From: a virus
Taxonomy: Duplodnaviria > Caudoviricetes
IMG/VR virus record: IMGVR_UViG_3300035499_000517
Span: 193,735-257,734 of that record
Strand: one strand, 5' to 3'
Length of the DNA: 64,000 nt
The notes beneath the pieces are model-generated. The model was not told the DNA's origin, searched no databases, and was given only the letters and a program-made list of their open reading frames with translations. The position numbers and the translations under genes were made by a program. Positions 30,966-41,628 of the stretch are shown here, in pieces (positions within the stretch are counted from its first letter, which is position 1; the number at the start of each line of letters is the position of its first letter).

Positions 30966-31220
30966 ATGTCAATTGAGCAAAAAATTAAACGAGCTAAGAA
31001 GGACTATCCAAATATTATGGAATCCATATGTGCCCTCTTGGCTAAAAATGATATCCGCTACACATCATCAAAAGGCGAAATCGTAATTTGCGATAAAACA
31101 AAAAGAGAAATTCTTGAAATCGTCTACTCACTACCTATTGATGCAGAAAATCTGTTCATTCTGGTGGATGTTGTATCTACCAAGGAAGAAGTATTCATAC
31201 GCAAAAAGAACAGTATCTGA
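30966..31220 (+). CDS. hypothetical protein
   Basis: RBS AAGGTGG; followed by hairpin. Confidence 0.7.
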   Translation: MSIEQKIKRAKKDYPNIMESICALLAKNDIRYTSSKGEIVICDKTKREILEIVYSLPIDAENLFILVDVVSTKEEVFIRKKNSI

Positions 31221-31314
31221 CTTCTTGTTCTTCGGACCCAGAGGCAAAAAAGCTTCTGGGTCCTTTTTTACACAAAAAAAAAAGAGGGACTTCCGGATTG
31301 TCCCTCTTTCTTCT

Positions 31315-31563
31315 TTAGAATTTGAAGATGTCCATGTTATTGGACTTTCCTTTCTTCTTATTCTTTTTCTTCTTCTTTTTCTTCTTATCCGATTTTGCTC
31401 GATCCTTCGGTGAGACATATTCATCACGCATTGCATCTACAAAACTTCTTGGTTTTCCATTCGAATAAGTACCACAGAGAAATCTTTGTCCCTCCTCACT
31501 TGTAACAGTTTCTCCAACTTTCTTTGCTACCTTGATGAGGGTTTCCACATTAATTTCAGCCAT
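31315..31563 (-). CDS. small protein with poly-Lys tail
   Basis: RBS AAAGGAGG; own early promoter. Confidence 0.8.
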   Translation of the reverse strand: MAEINVETLIKVAKKVGETVTSEEGQRFLCGTYSNGKPRSFVDAMRDEYVSPKDRAKSDKKKKKKKKNKKKGKSNNMDIFKF

Positions 31564-31594
31564 AAATGAAACCTCCTTTCTTTTTATCGATCAT

Positions 31595-31608
31595 ATAGAT
31601 AATATATA
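31595..31608 (-). promoter_or_regulatory. early-type promoter core
   Basis: TATATATTATCTAT on minus strand. Confidence 0.6.
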
Positions 31609-31622
31609 AATGAAATTTCATT

Positions 31623-31871
31623 TCAAAAGTCAGAGTCATCGATCTCTATCTCTTCATATTTCATCCATATTATATTCCACACGACATTCATTGCAATCGG
31701 AAGTGCAAAGAATACGATTGCACCTGCATACTCCTGTTTGAATAGCATAAAGAAACCTATGATGAGTGAAGCGATTTCTTCAGTAAAAGTTATGACATAT
31801 ACAATTGCCATGATAAACGGATGATCTTTTTCAACCTGCATAATCCTTCTAACTTTTCTTTTTCTTCCCAC
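31623..31871 (-). CDS. small two-TM membrane protein
   Basis: GTG start after GGAGGAGG; two hydrophobic helices. Confidence 0.7.
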   Translation of the reverse strand: MGRKRKVRRIMQVEKDHPFIMAIVYVITFTEEIASLIIGFFMLFKQEYAGAIVFFALPIAMNVVWNIIWMKYEEIEIDDSDF

Positions 31872-32103
31872 GATTAACGTACCTCCTCCATAAAATATAA
31901 GCATTTATAATCATTGCAAGACCTACTATTGCCAATGCTAGTAAAACATAGAGTATCGAATCAGAATCAATAATCTCTACTGATGATAGCATAGCTGTTG
32001 CAAAGAATAATGCTTCCAATGTACAGAAAAATGTTATTAGAATTGCTAATATAATACGCAATACTTTTTCTGTACTATCTCCTTTCCCATTAATTTTTCT
32101 CAT
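31849..32103 (-). CDS. small two-TM membrane protein
   Basis: Two hydrophobic helices, basic C-terminus. Confidence 0.7.
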   Translation of the reverse strand: MRKINGKGDSTEKVLRIILAILITFFCTLEALFFATAMLSSVEIIDSDSILYVLLALAIVGLAMIINAYILWRRYVNRGKKKKS

Positions 32104-32184
32104 GTCTCTTTTTCCTTTCTTTAGTTTATTTGGATTTAAATGTAAGTAGATAAGACAATACCCATTTACATACCATCTATTCTA

Positions 32185-32198
32185 ATAGATAATATATA
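32185..32198 (-). promoter_or_regulatory. early-type promoter core
   Basis: TATATATTATCTAT on minus strand. Confidence 0.6.
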
Positions 32199-32227
32199 AA
32201 TGAAATTCGTGTGAAATTCACCAGAAA

Positions 32228-32239
32228 AACAGTATAGTA
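32228..32239 (+). promoter_or_regulatory. late-type promoter AACA-N6-TA
   Basis: Upstream of structural operon. Confidence 0.6.
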
Positions 32240-32274
32240 ACAGGCTTTGATATAAAGTGAGGTGAATTAAAAGT

Positions 32275-34119
32275 ATGAACTATTACAAATTTACACGGAC
32301 CTCAGGCACGTATCAAATTGCAGTTAGAAATGACCTTGGTGGTGATATCTCCAGTTATTTTAATGGAGATATCATTTTTAGCGAATATGATGAAATCATA
32401 GATAATGGACATCGTTATGTCTTAAATAAAGACGACGGTTTATTTTATGATGCCTATAATGAAATAAGAAATACCGCGAATTTTACGAAGACAGTTTCTT
32501 CTGATTCTGTTGTCGTAGATTTGACACGTTCGGGACTTACCATTTATGATAGTAAGAGAAACCCGAAAGTAATTGGACATGCAGATGTAGATGACCATCT
32601 CATGTTAAATCTTTCTTTTTATACAGACGATTCTTCAAACGTCTGGGCATCTGTTTCTTATCAGGATGAAGATGGAATCTGGAAAGATGGTTATATCATC
32701 TATAAGAATTACCGAAATAATTTTGCAAATGTCAGAATCTCTGATTTCCACTATGGAACTGTCCTTACGGATGGTTCCGTTGATAATGCAAAGGTTGTAG
32801 AACTGAAAGAAAAAGCCGTTGGTGGTTCAGCCACCAGCAAGCGTCGTGCCGCAAGAAGCACTTCTGGAACATCGAGTACAACGAAATCGACTACTACAAC
32901 AAAGGTGACATTACCTACTACTTCAAGAAGTTCAAGTAAGACAGGAGATAAAACAACCGGATCATCAACGGTTAGCACATATGCTGGTCGTGTTGATGCT
33001 TATGGCGACAATCTTACACAATTTGCAAAAGACGTTGCAAATCATTCACCAAATGTTGTACAGAACCAGAAGAACTATCCGAAAGCAACTAAATACACGG
33101 ATACTAAAGGAAGGACACAATACAAATATGATTACAGCACTATCGTGGATACCGATTCTATTAAAGCAATATATCCGCTTCACGATTTAGATGTTCGAAC
33201 TTTTAAGAGCAATTTTTCTTATAACGCAAAATACTATAACCGTTTTAAAAAAGCAATGCCCGATGATGTGCTTAGCAAAGGATTCATGCATATCTTCTTT
33301 ACCAGACCTGATTTAAATCTTTATGATGAATCCAGTAATCTGGTATCGAAAGTCAAGAAGGATGCATTCTTTAATTATAAGCATAAGCAGAAACCAAATC
33401 TGTTACATCAGCTTTGCCATATAGACGGTGACGACTTTATGTATTTCTTATCTAATAAGGCAGGAAGTTTCTCCCTTACAGATGAGAGTATTAAGTATGC
33501 AGAGTATGGCAAGAACTTCCAGAACTACAGTATTCAGTTAGGAAAAGGAATCTTTGATTCCCAAGTTGCTTCTACATTTGATATTTCTTATGTTGATGAC
33601 CGTGATTATGATGTCATGGCAATTCATAAGATGTGGATCCAGTATATCTCCAATGTCTATCATGGAAATTGGGATCCAAAAACGCAGTATATTTATAAGA
33701 AGATTCTCGACTATGCAGTTTCTGTTCATGTAATTGTAACTGCCGAGGATTTTGAGACCATTCTCTATTGGTCAAAATATTATGGTGTATTTCCAATCAA
33801 CGTCCCTTATTCAGCACTTTCTTGGGAAACAGGAAATTTTGTAAGTAAGAACTCTATGAATATTACTTATGGATATTCTTGGAAAGAAGATTGGAACCCA
33901 GCAGCTCTTACAGATCTTAATGTAAATTGCTTTGGATATAACTCTGTTTCTTCAGCAAAGTATATCCAGACTTATAACTCAAATCTCGGTCGTACAGGAA
34001 CGACTTGGGTTGGTGAACCATTCGTTGAAACGATTAAAGATCTCAGCACCGAAGGAAAACAGTACGGTTCTGGGGTAATTTTAAAACTCCGGTTTAAGCC
34101 CGGACCAATAACAACTTAG
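32275..34119 (+). CDS. baseplate/tail-tube-initiator-like protein with N-terminal SH3b-like region and Ser/Thr linker
   Basis: HIFFTRPDLNL, SFSLTD, YWSKYYGVFPINVP tube-fold motifs. Confidence 0.55.
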   Translation: MNYYKFTRTSGTYQIAVRNDLGGDISSYFNGDIIFSEYDEIIDNGHRYVLNKDDGLFYDAYNEIRNTANFTKTVSSDSVVVDLTRSGLTIYDSKRNPKVIGHADVDDHLMLNLSFYTDDSSNVWASVSYQDEDGIWKDGYIIYKNYRNNFANVRISDFHYGTVLTDGSVDNAKVVELKEKAVGGSATSKRRAARSTSGTSSTTKSTTTTKVTLPTTSRSSSKTGDKTTGSSTVSTYAGRVDAYGDNLTQFAKDVANHSPNVVQNQKNYPKATKYTDTKGRTQYKYDYSTIVDTDSIKAIYPLHDLDVRTFKSNFSYNAKYYNRFKKAMPDDVLSKGFMHIFFTRPDLNLYDESSNLVSKVKKDAFFNYKHKQKPNLLHQLCHIDGDDFMYFLSNKAGSFSLTDESIKYAEYGKNFQNYSIQLGKGIFDSQVASTFDISYVDDRDYDVMAIHKMWIQYISNVYHGNWDPKTQYIYKKILDYAVSVHVIVTAEDFETILYWSKYYGVFPINVPYSALSWETGNFVSKNSMNITYGYSWKEDWNPAALTDLNVNCFGYNSVSSAKYIQTYNSNLGRTGTTWVGEPFVETIKDLSTEGKQYGSGVILKLRFKPGPITT

Positions 34120-34138
34120 AAACGAGGTGACAGAAGAT

Positions 34139-37100
34139 ATGGCTGATACTGCTGAAACCATCGAGCGCGACTATGTCGATAATTTTTCGATTAAAGAGCT
34201 CGTTATTGATAACATCATGCCAGAGTATTTTCCTGATATGGATTCTGATAATCTTGTTGCGGGAACAACTGGTATGTTGGCAGAATACGTATCTACTATT
34301 ACAGAAGATGCTTTTAATACAGGATCTTCTCTGGTAGCCGAAGCTTTTCCATCTCGTGCAAAGATGGAAAGTTCTATCTATTCAAATGCCGCGATATTCC
34401 AGCTTACGAATAGCTTTGCAGATGCAGCGAAATGTAATTTCGTTATCGTTATTCCGGAAGCAGATATCCGTGCGAATTTTGTATCCAAAGAGGGAAGTAG
34501 CTATAAATATTTCTACATTGATGCAGACTTCTCTGTGGAAGTAGAAGACAAAGTGTTCTCTTTGGATTATGATATTGAAATAAGAGCGATGTATCGTGAG
34601 TCCAAAGGTGCTTGGATTTATTCCGCTAAGTATCTGATGGATGACTTTACAAACTCTGTATCAGATAAGACAGACCCTTATGTAAAGTTAAAACAGGCAT
34701 CAGGTCTTATCGCCCTTACTGTAGAAATGGGGCAGTATGAAAGAGAAGAGCGTTATGAAGCAATTACTGATAACGCAACACTTAACTATCCAACCATTGA
34801 TGTTCCCTATTCTGGGAAACTTCTTGGTTTTGATGTGCTTTATAAGGCACCCGGTGACAGTGATTACAATACACAGCTGACACCAAAGGTTATGTATTCT
34901 CTCCCGGATAAAAGTCCGTTTGTTTATTTTAAACCAATTGACAGCGAGACGTTCCAGTTATCCTTTACAACAAAGGATGCTTATTTCCAGCCAGAGTTTA
35001 ACTCAGAGCTTAAGATCATCATCTATACGACATTAGCTTCAGAGGGAAACTTTGATTACTATGATGGAGATGATTATACTGTATCAAAGGGAGACAAATA
35101 CGAATATGAAAACAGCTGGATGGTTGTAGCAAAACCAATTGGTGCTGCAACTGGAGGAGCAGAAGCTACTGACATCGAAGGATTACAGCAGCTTACAGTT
35201 GAAGGGTTCTCTACAGCAAATGCCCTTACCACAGAGAACGACTTACAGTTGTATTTCAACAATTATGATTATCGCTATAAGAGTAAAGTCTTATTCTTAA
35301 AGAAGCGAAACGATGCAGTAGAACTCTTATTCTCTGCATTTATGTATATCCAGAATGGGGACTATATCTATCCGACAAATACGCTCACTATGGATACCAA
35401 TGTCCTTGAGTTTGAGCATAAAGATGGAGGTTTCTATAATCTGGATCCAGGGTATCTGTTTAGTTATAAACAGGATGAGATCTTCTTAGTTCCACTTCTC
35501 TATTATCCAATTGATGGGGAAGGAGAATACTATGATGAGAAAGGTCATTATTATGATAAAGATGGTACTCCAAATACAGATTTAGACATCGATGAAACAA
35601 GACTTGCTGTAAAGATCCGTATGGGTACTGTAAAGGCTTCGGATGCTTCTTATTGGAAGCTCTCCGCTGATGATAACCTTTATCATTACACATTCTCAAA
35701 TGGAGATACTGATGATGATAATCATCCGCCAATTACAACAGAAGATGTTGCAAAACTTTATGTAGATGGGAGTGTTACACGTTCTGGAATTGATGCTGAT
35801 GATAAGGTATTTGACTTTATGAAAGATACTGAAAAAGAGGATCAGGCAAGAAAGGATTATCTTGCATTCTACGAGACCTATAAAGAGCGAGAAGAGAAAC
35901 CGAATTTAACTTTCGATGAGTATATCTTTGAATACACATACAAGGATTACAAGAAAGAATTTGGAATTGACAATCGCCTTATGGTCTTTGATGTGGACTT
36001 TGAAAACTTCCCGGATGCAAGACCATTCATGTTTACGAATCCGTTCATCACAACCATTACAGAAACAACTGGACTTGTTTCTTACTTCCAGACATTCATC
36101 TCAAAAAATGCAGAGTTAAACTTTGTCCGTGAGAATGATTCTGATGCATTTGCACAGTTTATTGCTTACCACTTGGATGTGAGCCGTGATATTTCAAAGG
36201 ATAAGAAGTATAACTTCAGAATGGAAATCATGCCTTCTGTTGAAGCAGAAGAGGGAAGTCCTTATATCGACTCCTCAACGATTTATAATACTGAGAATGC
36301 TGATCAGTTTGAATTGTATGAAGGAGCATCTCCAAGCTTAACCAATTACAACAAGAAGCTTCTTGAGAAGAACAGACTTCGTGTTATCATGACATTCATC
36401 AACGACGATGATATGGAATGTGGTTATATGGAGATGATTCCGACAAAGGATATCGACAATTCTGATCACTACGTATTTGAGGCAGAATTCCATACAGATG
36501 ATTACATCACATCAGCAAATACATTTAGAGTTGTTCACATATGCCCATTCTGTGGAAATGTGATTTACAATTCTGCAAATGCAAATATTGATGATTTCGA
36601 TTACTATTGCGATTCTTGCGGAAAGACTTTCAAGGAAGGTATTATCAATATCCGTGAGAATGATACAATCTTGCTTCCAATTGATGGTGCGAATATCAAA
36701 ATCACAATGATTTACAAGGATCCATCCAATGATGCTGATCCTATTACAAACAACGATTTTGCTGAGTATCATGAATCGTTCAATGGTTACGTTTGGACGA
36801 ACGTGTATAATGCTCAGGACGACACATTAACCTTTATCAAGCCTCTTGATATGATACGAAGTGTAATCTCTTATAAGGATTATTATGCACATGGAGTTGA
36901 TGCACTCGATTGTACCATCAGTGAGATGCCACTCCTTAAATATTCTATCTTGGCTTATAAAGATACAGGTATGAAAATTACCGATCCACTTCTTGAAGAT
37001 GATATCGGAAAGTTCCAGTACTTTATGGATACTTTCCTTGGGAATTACAATATTCTTCAGGAAGCAAAGACCTATCTTGGTGGAATGAATATTGACGCCA

Positions 37101-37525
37101 AGTTCTATAATAGCTATGGAAAGAGTACGAACTTCATGATTGGTGATGATCGTACAGAAGAGTTTATTGATACAAATAATATCAGTATTACACTTACCAT
37201 CACTTTGGATACAGGTGTTGATGAATACGCTTGTGAAACAGAACTTAAAGCTTACATCAAAGATTACATTGAAGAGATAAACTCTGATGGAACGAATGAG
37301 CTTTATGTATCCAACTTGATTCGTTACATTGAAGAGAACTTCTCTTATGTAAATCACATGGTATTCTGTAAGATCAATAATTATGATACTACGTACCAGG
37401 CCATACGAAACTATGCAATTAGCTTGACTGAATTGACAAAGGAAGAAAGACGACACTTCGTTCCTGATATCCTTACAATCAACAAGAACAGCATAGACAT
37501 TACCTTTATCCAGCCTGAATCATAA
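34139..37525 (+). CDS. baseplate wedge protein (T4 gp6-like, jumbo type)
   Basis: EAFPSRAKMESSIYSNA, ATGGAE; internal CPFC...CDSC Zn ribbon. Confidence 0.6.
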   Translation: MADTAETIERDYVDNFSIKELVIDNIMPEYFPDMDSDNLVAGTTGMLAEYVSTITEDAFNTGSSLVAEAFPSRAKMESSIYSNAAIFQLTNSFADAAKCNFVIVIPEADIRANFVSKEGSSYKYFYIDADFSVEVEDKVFSLDYDIEIRAMYRESKGAWIYSAKYLMDDFTNSVSDKTDPYVKLKQASGLIALTVEMGQYEREERYEAITDNATLNYPTIDVPYSGKLLGFDVLYKAPGDSDYNTQLTPKVMYSLPDKSPFVYFKPIDSETFQLSFTTKDAYFQPEFNSELKIIIYTTLASEGNFDYYDGDDYTVSKGDKYEYENSWMVVAKPIGAATGGAEATDIEGLQQLTVEGFSTANALTTENDLQLYFNNYDYRYKSKVLFLKKRNDAVELLFSAFMYIQNGDYIYPTNTLTMDTNVLEFEHKDGGFYNLDPGYLFSYKQDEIFLVPLLYYPIDGEGEYYDEKGHYYDKDGTPNTDLDIDETRLAVKIRMGTVKASDASYWKLSADDNLYHYTFSNGDTDDDNHPPITTEDVAKLYVDGSVTRSGIDADDKVFDFMKDTEKEDQARKDYLAFYETYKEREEKPNLTFDEYIFEYTYKDYKKEFGIDNRLMVFDVDFENFPDARPFMFTNPFITTITETTGLVSYFQTFISKNAELNFVRENDSDAFAQFIAYHLDVSRDISKDKKYNFRMEIMPSVEAEEGSPYIDSSTIYNTENADQFELYEGASPSLTNYNKKLLEKNRLRVIMTFINDDDMECGYMEMIPTKDIDNSDHYVFEAEFHTDDYITSANTFRVVHICPFCGNVIYNSANANIDDFDYYCDSCGKTFKEGIINIRENDTILLPIDGANIKITMIYKDPSNDADPITNNDFAEYHESFNGYVWTNVYNAQDDTLTFIKPLDMIRSVISYKDYYAHGVDALDCTISEMPLLKYSILAYKDTGMKITDPLLEDDIGKFQYFMDTFLGNYNILQEAKTYLGGMNIDAKFYNSYGKSTNFMIGDDRTEEFIDTNNISITLTITLDTGVDEYACETELKAYIKDYIEEINSDGTNELYVSNLIRYIEENFSYVNHMVFCKINNYDTTYQAIRNYAISLTELTKEERRHFVPDILTINKNSIDITFIQPES

Positions 37526-37532
37526 GCTGGAA

Positions 37533-37544
37533 AACATTAAGGTA
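37533..37544 (+). promoter_or_regulatory. late-type promoter AACA-N6-TA
   Basis: Upstream of 37577. Confidence 0.6.
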
Positions 37545-37576
37545 AGTAGAAACTAAAGTAAAGGAGATGATCAAGC

Positions 37577-38458
37577 ATGTCTTTAGAGAATAGCAAAAAG
37601 TCTGTGTCCGATTTTATTTCCAATCTGGAAGCAGAGCGGAAGCAGGCTGCTATGGATACATTACACAAAAACAAGCCGGCTACAAAAGCCGTTAAGATTG
37701 CTCAGGAATGCAGTGAAGCTAAAGAGCTGACCACCCAGGACATTTTTGCAAAGATCTATCGCGATGCCTTGCCGCTTGATGATAGTTACAAGGCTGGAGC
37801 AAGTTCTGAGCTGGATCAGGGTGTGATTTCCTTCATTAAGAAGAGAGATCCAAAGGGATCTGCATATAACTATATTACAGAAAGAGCAAAATCTGGTTCC
37901 ATCCAGGCAAAACAGATCTTAGAGTCTGTTGACCGGGAGATTGATGGACATTTCCGTCATTTCTATGAAGGAATCAAAGAGGCTGAGTTCGATGACATTA
38001 AGTTGGACGAGGGAGATCGTAAGAGCATCGTTGACAAGATCAATGGTGATATGGGATATGATGAGGTTTCTCAGATTATCAACGATCACGTTCAGCAGAC
38101 CGTTCAGGAAGAGATTACAAGAACCAAAGAGGAAGATGATCACTTAAAAGAGCTTCAGGATAGTCTGTCTCAGGATGAGACAATGACAACTGAGTCTGCA
38201 ATTGAAACAGAGCTCTTACGTAGAGGCGAAGGTCCGAAACCTTATCAGCCGACTCTCTTCTCAGGTATCATGATCTCGCAGGTAGAAGCCTTTAATGAAA
38301 GTGGTCTTGATGAAGAGCACGTTCAGAAGAAAGCATTCTTCGAGTCCGTAAAGGAATATACGAAGTGGGATATGCTCAGTACTTTGGGTATTGAGAACTT
38401 CAAACAGAAGGATGTTGATTATCTGGCTACAAGATACGCTAGATGTGAAATGAATTAA
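37577..38458 (+). CDS. putative head/scaffold-associated virion protein
   Basis: Multiple ILES/FYEG/TTES/FNES/FFES motifs; late promoter. Confidence 0.5.
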   Translation: MSLENSKKSVSDFISNLEAERKQAAMDTLHKNKPATKAVKIAQECSEAKELTTQDIFAKIYRDALPLDDSYKAGASSELDQGVISFIKKRDPKGSAYNYITERAKSGSIQAKQILESVDREIDGHFRHFYEGIKEAEFDDIKLDEGDRKSIVDKINGDMGYDEVSQIINDHVQQTVQEEITRTKEEDDHLKELQDSLSQDETMTTESAIETELLRRGEGPKPYQPTLFSGIMISQVEAFNESGLDEEHVQKKAFFESVKEYTKWDMLSTLGIENFKQKDVDYLATRYARCEMN

Positions 38459-38534
38459 GTTGTAAATGGGAGAGGATAGATCTGGTTTCTGTCCTCTCCT
38501 TTTCCTATTTGCAAGAAAGGGTTTTTGTAGTATT

Positions 38535-39077
38535 ATGCATAAGGAAGGATTTTTTGAAGTGTTTAAACCAGCTAAAGTAAACTACGATAAAGTTGTTACA
38601 CAGTCTCCACCTGTATTTTATCCACAAGAAAAAGATTGGACTTGTTTCCTTGGATGTATTCGTACCATATTAACGGGTATTACAGAAGATATTCCAAGTG
38701 AAGAAGAGTTCGTAGAGAAATACCAATTGGAGAAGAAACCGTACTTTTCAGAAGACATCAAAAATTCAGAAATGCTAAAGGATTATAGTGTTATGTACGG
38801 TTGTGATGATCCATTGGTTTCTTTTGATGATATCCTGCTACATTGTAGAGAGGGATATTATGTGATGTTAGAAACGATGTATAATTTCTCTCATTGGTTT
38901 GTGCTTCTTGGATATTATCCATCACACAACGATGTAGAGATTAGTCGAATCTTAGTATACGATCCTTATTATGACGAAGTACGTCTACTTAATTTGGATG
39001 AGTTTTTAGGAATGTGGATAGATGGAGATTTTCCACATACGAAAGTGGAAAAAGACTATATCGCAATCAAGAAATAA
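38535..39077 (+). CDS. C39-like (papain-fold) cysteine peptidase
   Basis: PQEKDWTC, SHWFVL, VYDP catalytic Q/C/H/D pattern. Confidence 0.7.
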   Translation: MHKEGFFEVFKPAKVNYDKVVTQSPPVFYPQEKDWTCFLGCIRTILTGITEDIPSEEEFVEKYQLEKKPYFSEDIKNSEMLKDYSVMYGCDDPLVSFDDILLHCREGYYVMLETMYNFSHWFVLLGYYPSHNDVEISRILVYDPYYDEVRLLNLDEFLGMWIDGDFPHTKVEKDYIAIKK

Positions 39078-39082
39078 AAAAG

Positions 39083-39113
39083 AAGAGGATGGAATTTGTT
39101 TTCCATCCTCTTT
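39083..39113. terminator. bidirectional terminator
   Basis: AAGAGGATGGAA/TTCCATCCTCTT stem between convergent genes. Confidence 0.75.
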
Positions 39114-39119
39114 ACTTTA

Positions 39120-40462
39120 TCAAAATACACCAAAGACATCTCCGTTATTTCCAGATACAACCCCTGGATCATATCCATTTAATTCATCAAATGCATCCAT
39201 GTTTTGTGAACCAAAATCAAAGAATGCATCTTTATCTGGTTCCAGAGTATTATCCAAACCGGCATTATCAATTAAGCCTTTCTTATGTAAGGCTCTTGTC
39301 TTTTCTTGCTCTCTCATGAGAGTTTCTCGGTAAATGTCTTCATAGGAAGGTTTACTTTGTCGTTCAACCTCTAATCGCACTGTATCAATAACAGACTCTG
39401 GCAATGCTGAATAATCGATCTCTTCTGGTCGAAGCATTCCAGTATTTCGTTCTTCCTGCTGATACAATATATCTTCTTTTGAGAATCCAAATACTTCTAA
39501 GTTATTTCCATAATAATAAACATACATGCCAATGAGATATGACATGATACTGTCATCATGGAATCCTACAGCTGCTTGGATCTTTGTTCCTTTCATAACG
39601 AGCTTTGTAATATCTCTTGTGACATTATGCCCAACGAAATCCTCTTTATGAGTCTTAATACGATCAGCCAAGATACTAAACATGACTTCACGAGATCTCA
39701 CATCGGTATAAACACCATAATTAGATTTCTCTTTTGCTTTCTTCTTTAATACAGATTCTACTGTATTTAAATCATCCATTTTCTCTTCTGCAAGTTTTTT
39801 AAACTTATCAAAGTATACTCTACCAGCAATATCAGATTCCATCAGGAATGCAATAACAGAATCACCAACAGAGTTACGCTCGATACAAAGGATTGCTCTT
39901 GGTATATGCTTCTTTACAAGCTCTACAATACACCTGATGAATTCAGGCTCACCAACATAAGAGCATTCGAATTCCGCAACTAATTTTGTTGTATAAGGAT
40001 TTATGATAGACATCGCATTATTATCACCACCGGTTCCTGTAGAACAGTCAATGCCGACAATGTAAGGGATGCCTCGGACAAGTTTTTCGTAGATATTAAG
40101 ACGATAGTATTTACAGATCATGATCGTCTCAATCGGCTTCTTTTCAAGCTCAATGATTCGATCCATATCATCACGATCATAGGGAGAATTAGAAGAACCG
40201 CGAAGTCTTTGTAATAAGATCTCGCGGCGAACAACCAATTTATTATTGATTTTATTGGCAATATTTCTAAACCATTCAAGGGATAATCCAATTTGTTGAT
40301 AAGAGTATTCCATATAAAATACTCCCATCTTATTATCTTTAACAGATAATTCCCTTAACTCATCTATAGATTTATTATAAAATAAATCGTTCCACACTGC
40401 ACATTTTGCAAGAAGCTGTTCTGCCCTTGCACCTGCATCAGTGTCGATGTCTCCAGGCGTTG
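39120..40462 (-). CDS. terL: terminase large subunit, exon 3 (nuclease domain)
   Basis: (S)TPGD, YIVGIDCSTG, DNNA, CIERNSVG, HDDSIMS. Confidence 0.88.
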
Positions 40463-41628
40463 CAATAGTATGAAACTATTTAGACTATATCTTCATCTCT
40501 AAAATAGAGAGCCCCCCGTTTCGGTTTCTTGATATTATCTCACCTACATTTCGTCCTATGATTGGACCTACTCGGTTCAAGCACTTTCTGCTTGCCTTTC
40601 CCTAGTCGTTGAACTTACACCCAATGCTTTTCGAAGATTTCGCACTTTATCACTAACCCTTTTCCCTATTTTGTCTTTTGTCGTTTTACCACCAAAATAT
40701 TTTACAATAGTAGTGGTTTTACAACCTGAAAGTATCATTTCTTTTATTTTATCCTCTTCTTCTTTCGTGAATCTTTTCTTTGTTTGAGATAAAACAGAAT
40801 TTGGTATATCATACTCAGAACTGATTTCTTTATGACGTTTACCGGATTTTATGGAGAATACTAATGCATATATAGCGTTATTTGTAACCTTTGTTTCTCC
40901 AGTTAATGCACAATAAGTTTGAAAACAGTCCATTCCAGATTCAAGGGATTTGCAAATGAATCTAACTACTTCTTCATTATACACTGCATTTGGTGCATTC
41001 ACACCAGAATTTACTTGAAGTCCCATTCGTAATGCATGTCTTGTATTTTCTCCACTTGTAGTCCACTCTAAATTCTTATAATAATTATTCGTTTTATCTC
41101 CGTCCATATGATTCACCACATTCAATTCATCATCATGCTCAGGAAGAAATGTACTTGCGACCATCCGATGAACTGCAACAGGAGATTTTAATCTCTTTCC
41201 ATCAATATGTCGAATGATCCCAATTCGTTTATATCCATCCTTATCATAATGAAATTTCAATTCTTTTACTCTTGAAAAAGAGAATACTTTTCCGTAATTA
41301 GATATTACGTATTGATACTTTACAATTCCAGGGTATTTCAAAAATCTAAATTCTTCATCATCATGTTCTTTAAATTTATAAAATTCTTCTAAAAGTTTAT
41401 TCATGTGAATAATCACCTCCGTTAGATAAAAGTTGTGGTGATAATTATTCACACAAATGGGTGATTAGCTGCGGATCGATCTATCTTTAACCTTGATTAC
41501 CATATCTCCGGAGTTACCCTTTGCCCCAAGAATGTTACCACTCTTGGTTGGTAGTTAAAGATTTTTAGAAAGTCCCCGCAGTTAGAGGGGTTTGTATTAC
41601 AGGTCACCCTGTAATCACGCCGCATTTA
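40463..41628 (-). mobile_element. group I intron terL-I2 (1166 nt) with HNH ORF
   Basis: P1 UCACGU/GCGUGA (U.G), AACTGCGGGG, CAACGACTA, ATATAGTC, P9 AATAGT/ACTATT, terminal G; splicing gives ILTSTPGD. Confidence 0.9.
40577..41404 (-). CDS. intron-encoded HNH homing endonuclease
   Basis: YVISNYGKV, AVHRMVASTF, VNHMDGDKTNN...NLEW; ATG after GGAGGTG; C-terminus overlaps intron core. Confidence 0.9.
   Translation of the reverse strand: MNKLLEEFYKFKEHDDEEFRFLKYPGIVKYQYVISNYGKVFSFSRVKELKFHYDKDGYKRIGIIRHIDGKRLKSPVAVHRMVASTFLPEHDDELNVVNHMDGDKTNNYYKNLEWTTSGENTRHALRMGLQVNSGVNAPNAVYNEEVVRFICKSLESGMDCFQTYCALTGETKVTNNAIYALVFSIKSGKRHKEISSEYDIPNSVLSQTKKRFTKEEEDKIKEMILSGCKTTTIVKYFGGKTTKDKIGKRVSDKVRNLRKALGVSSTTRERQAESA

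Noticed and set aside
36827-37456. 209-aa antisense ORF and many other short antisense or alternate-frame ORFs
   Set aside because: Shadows of long genes, no RBS, atypical composition
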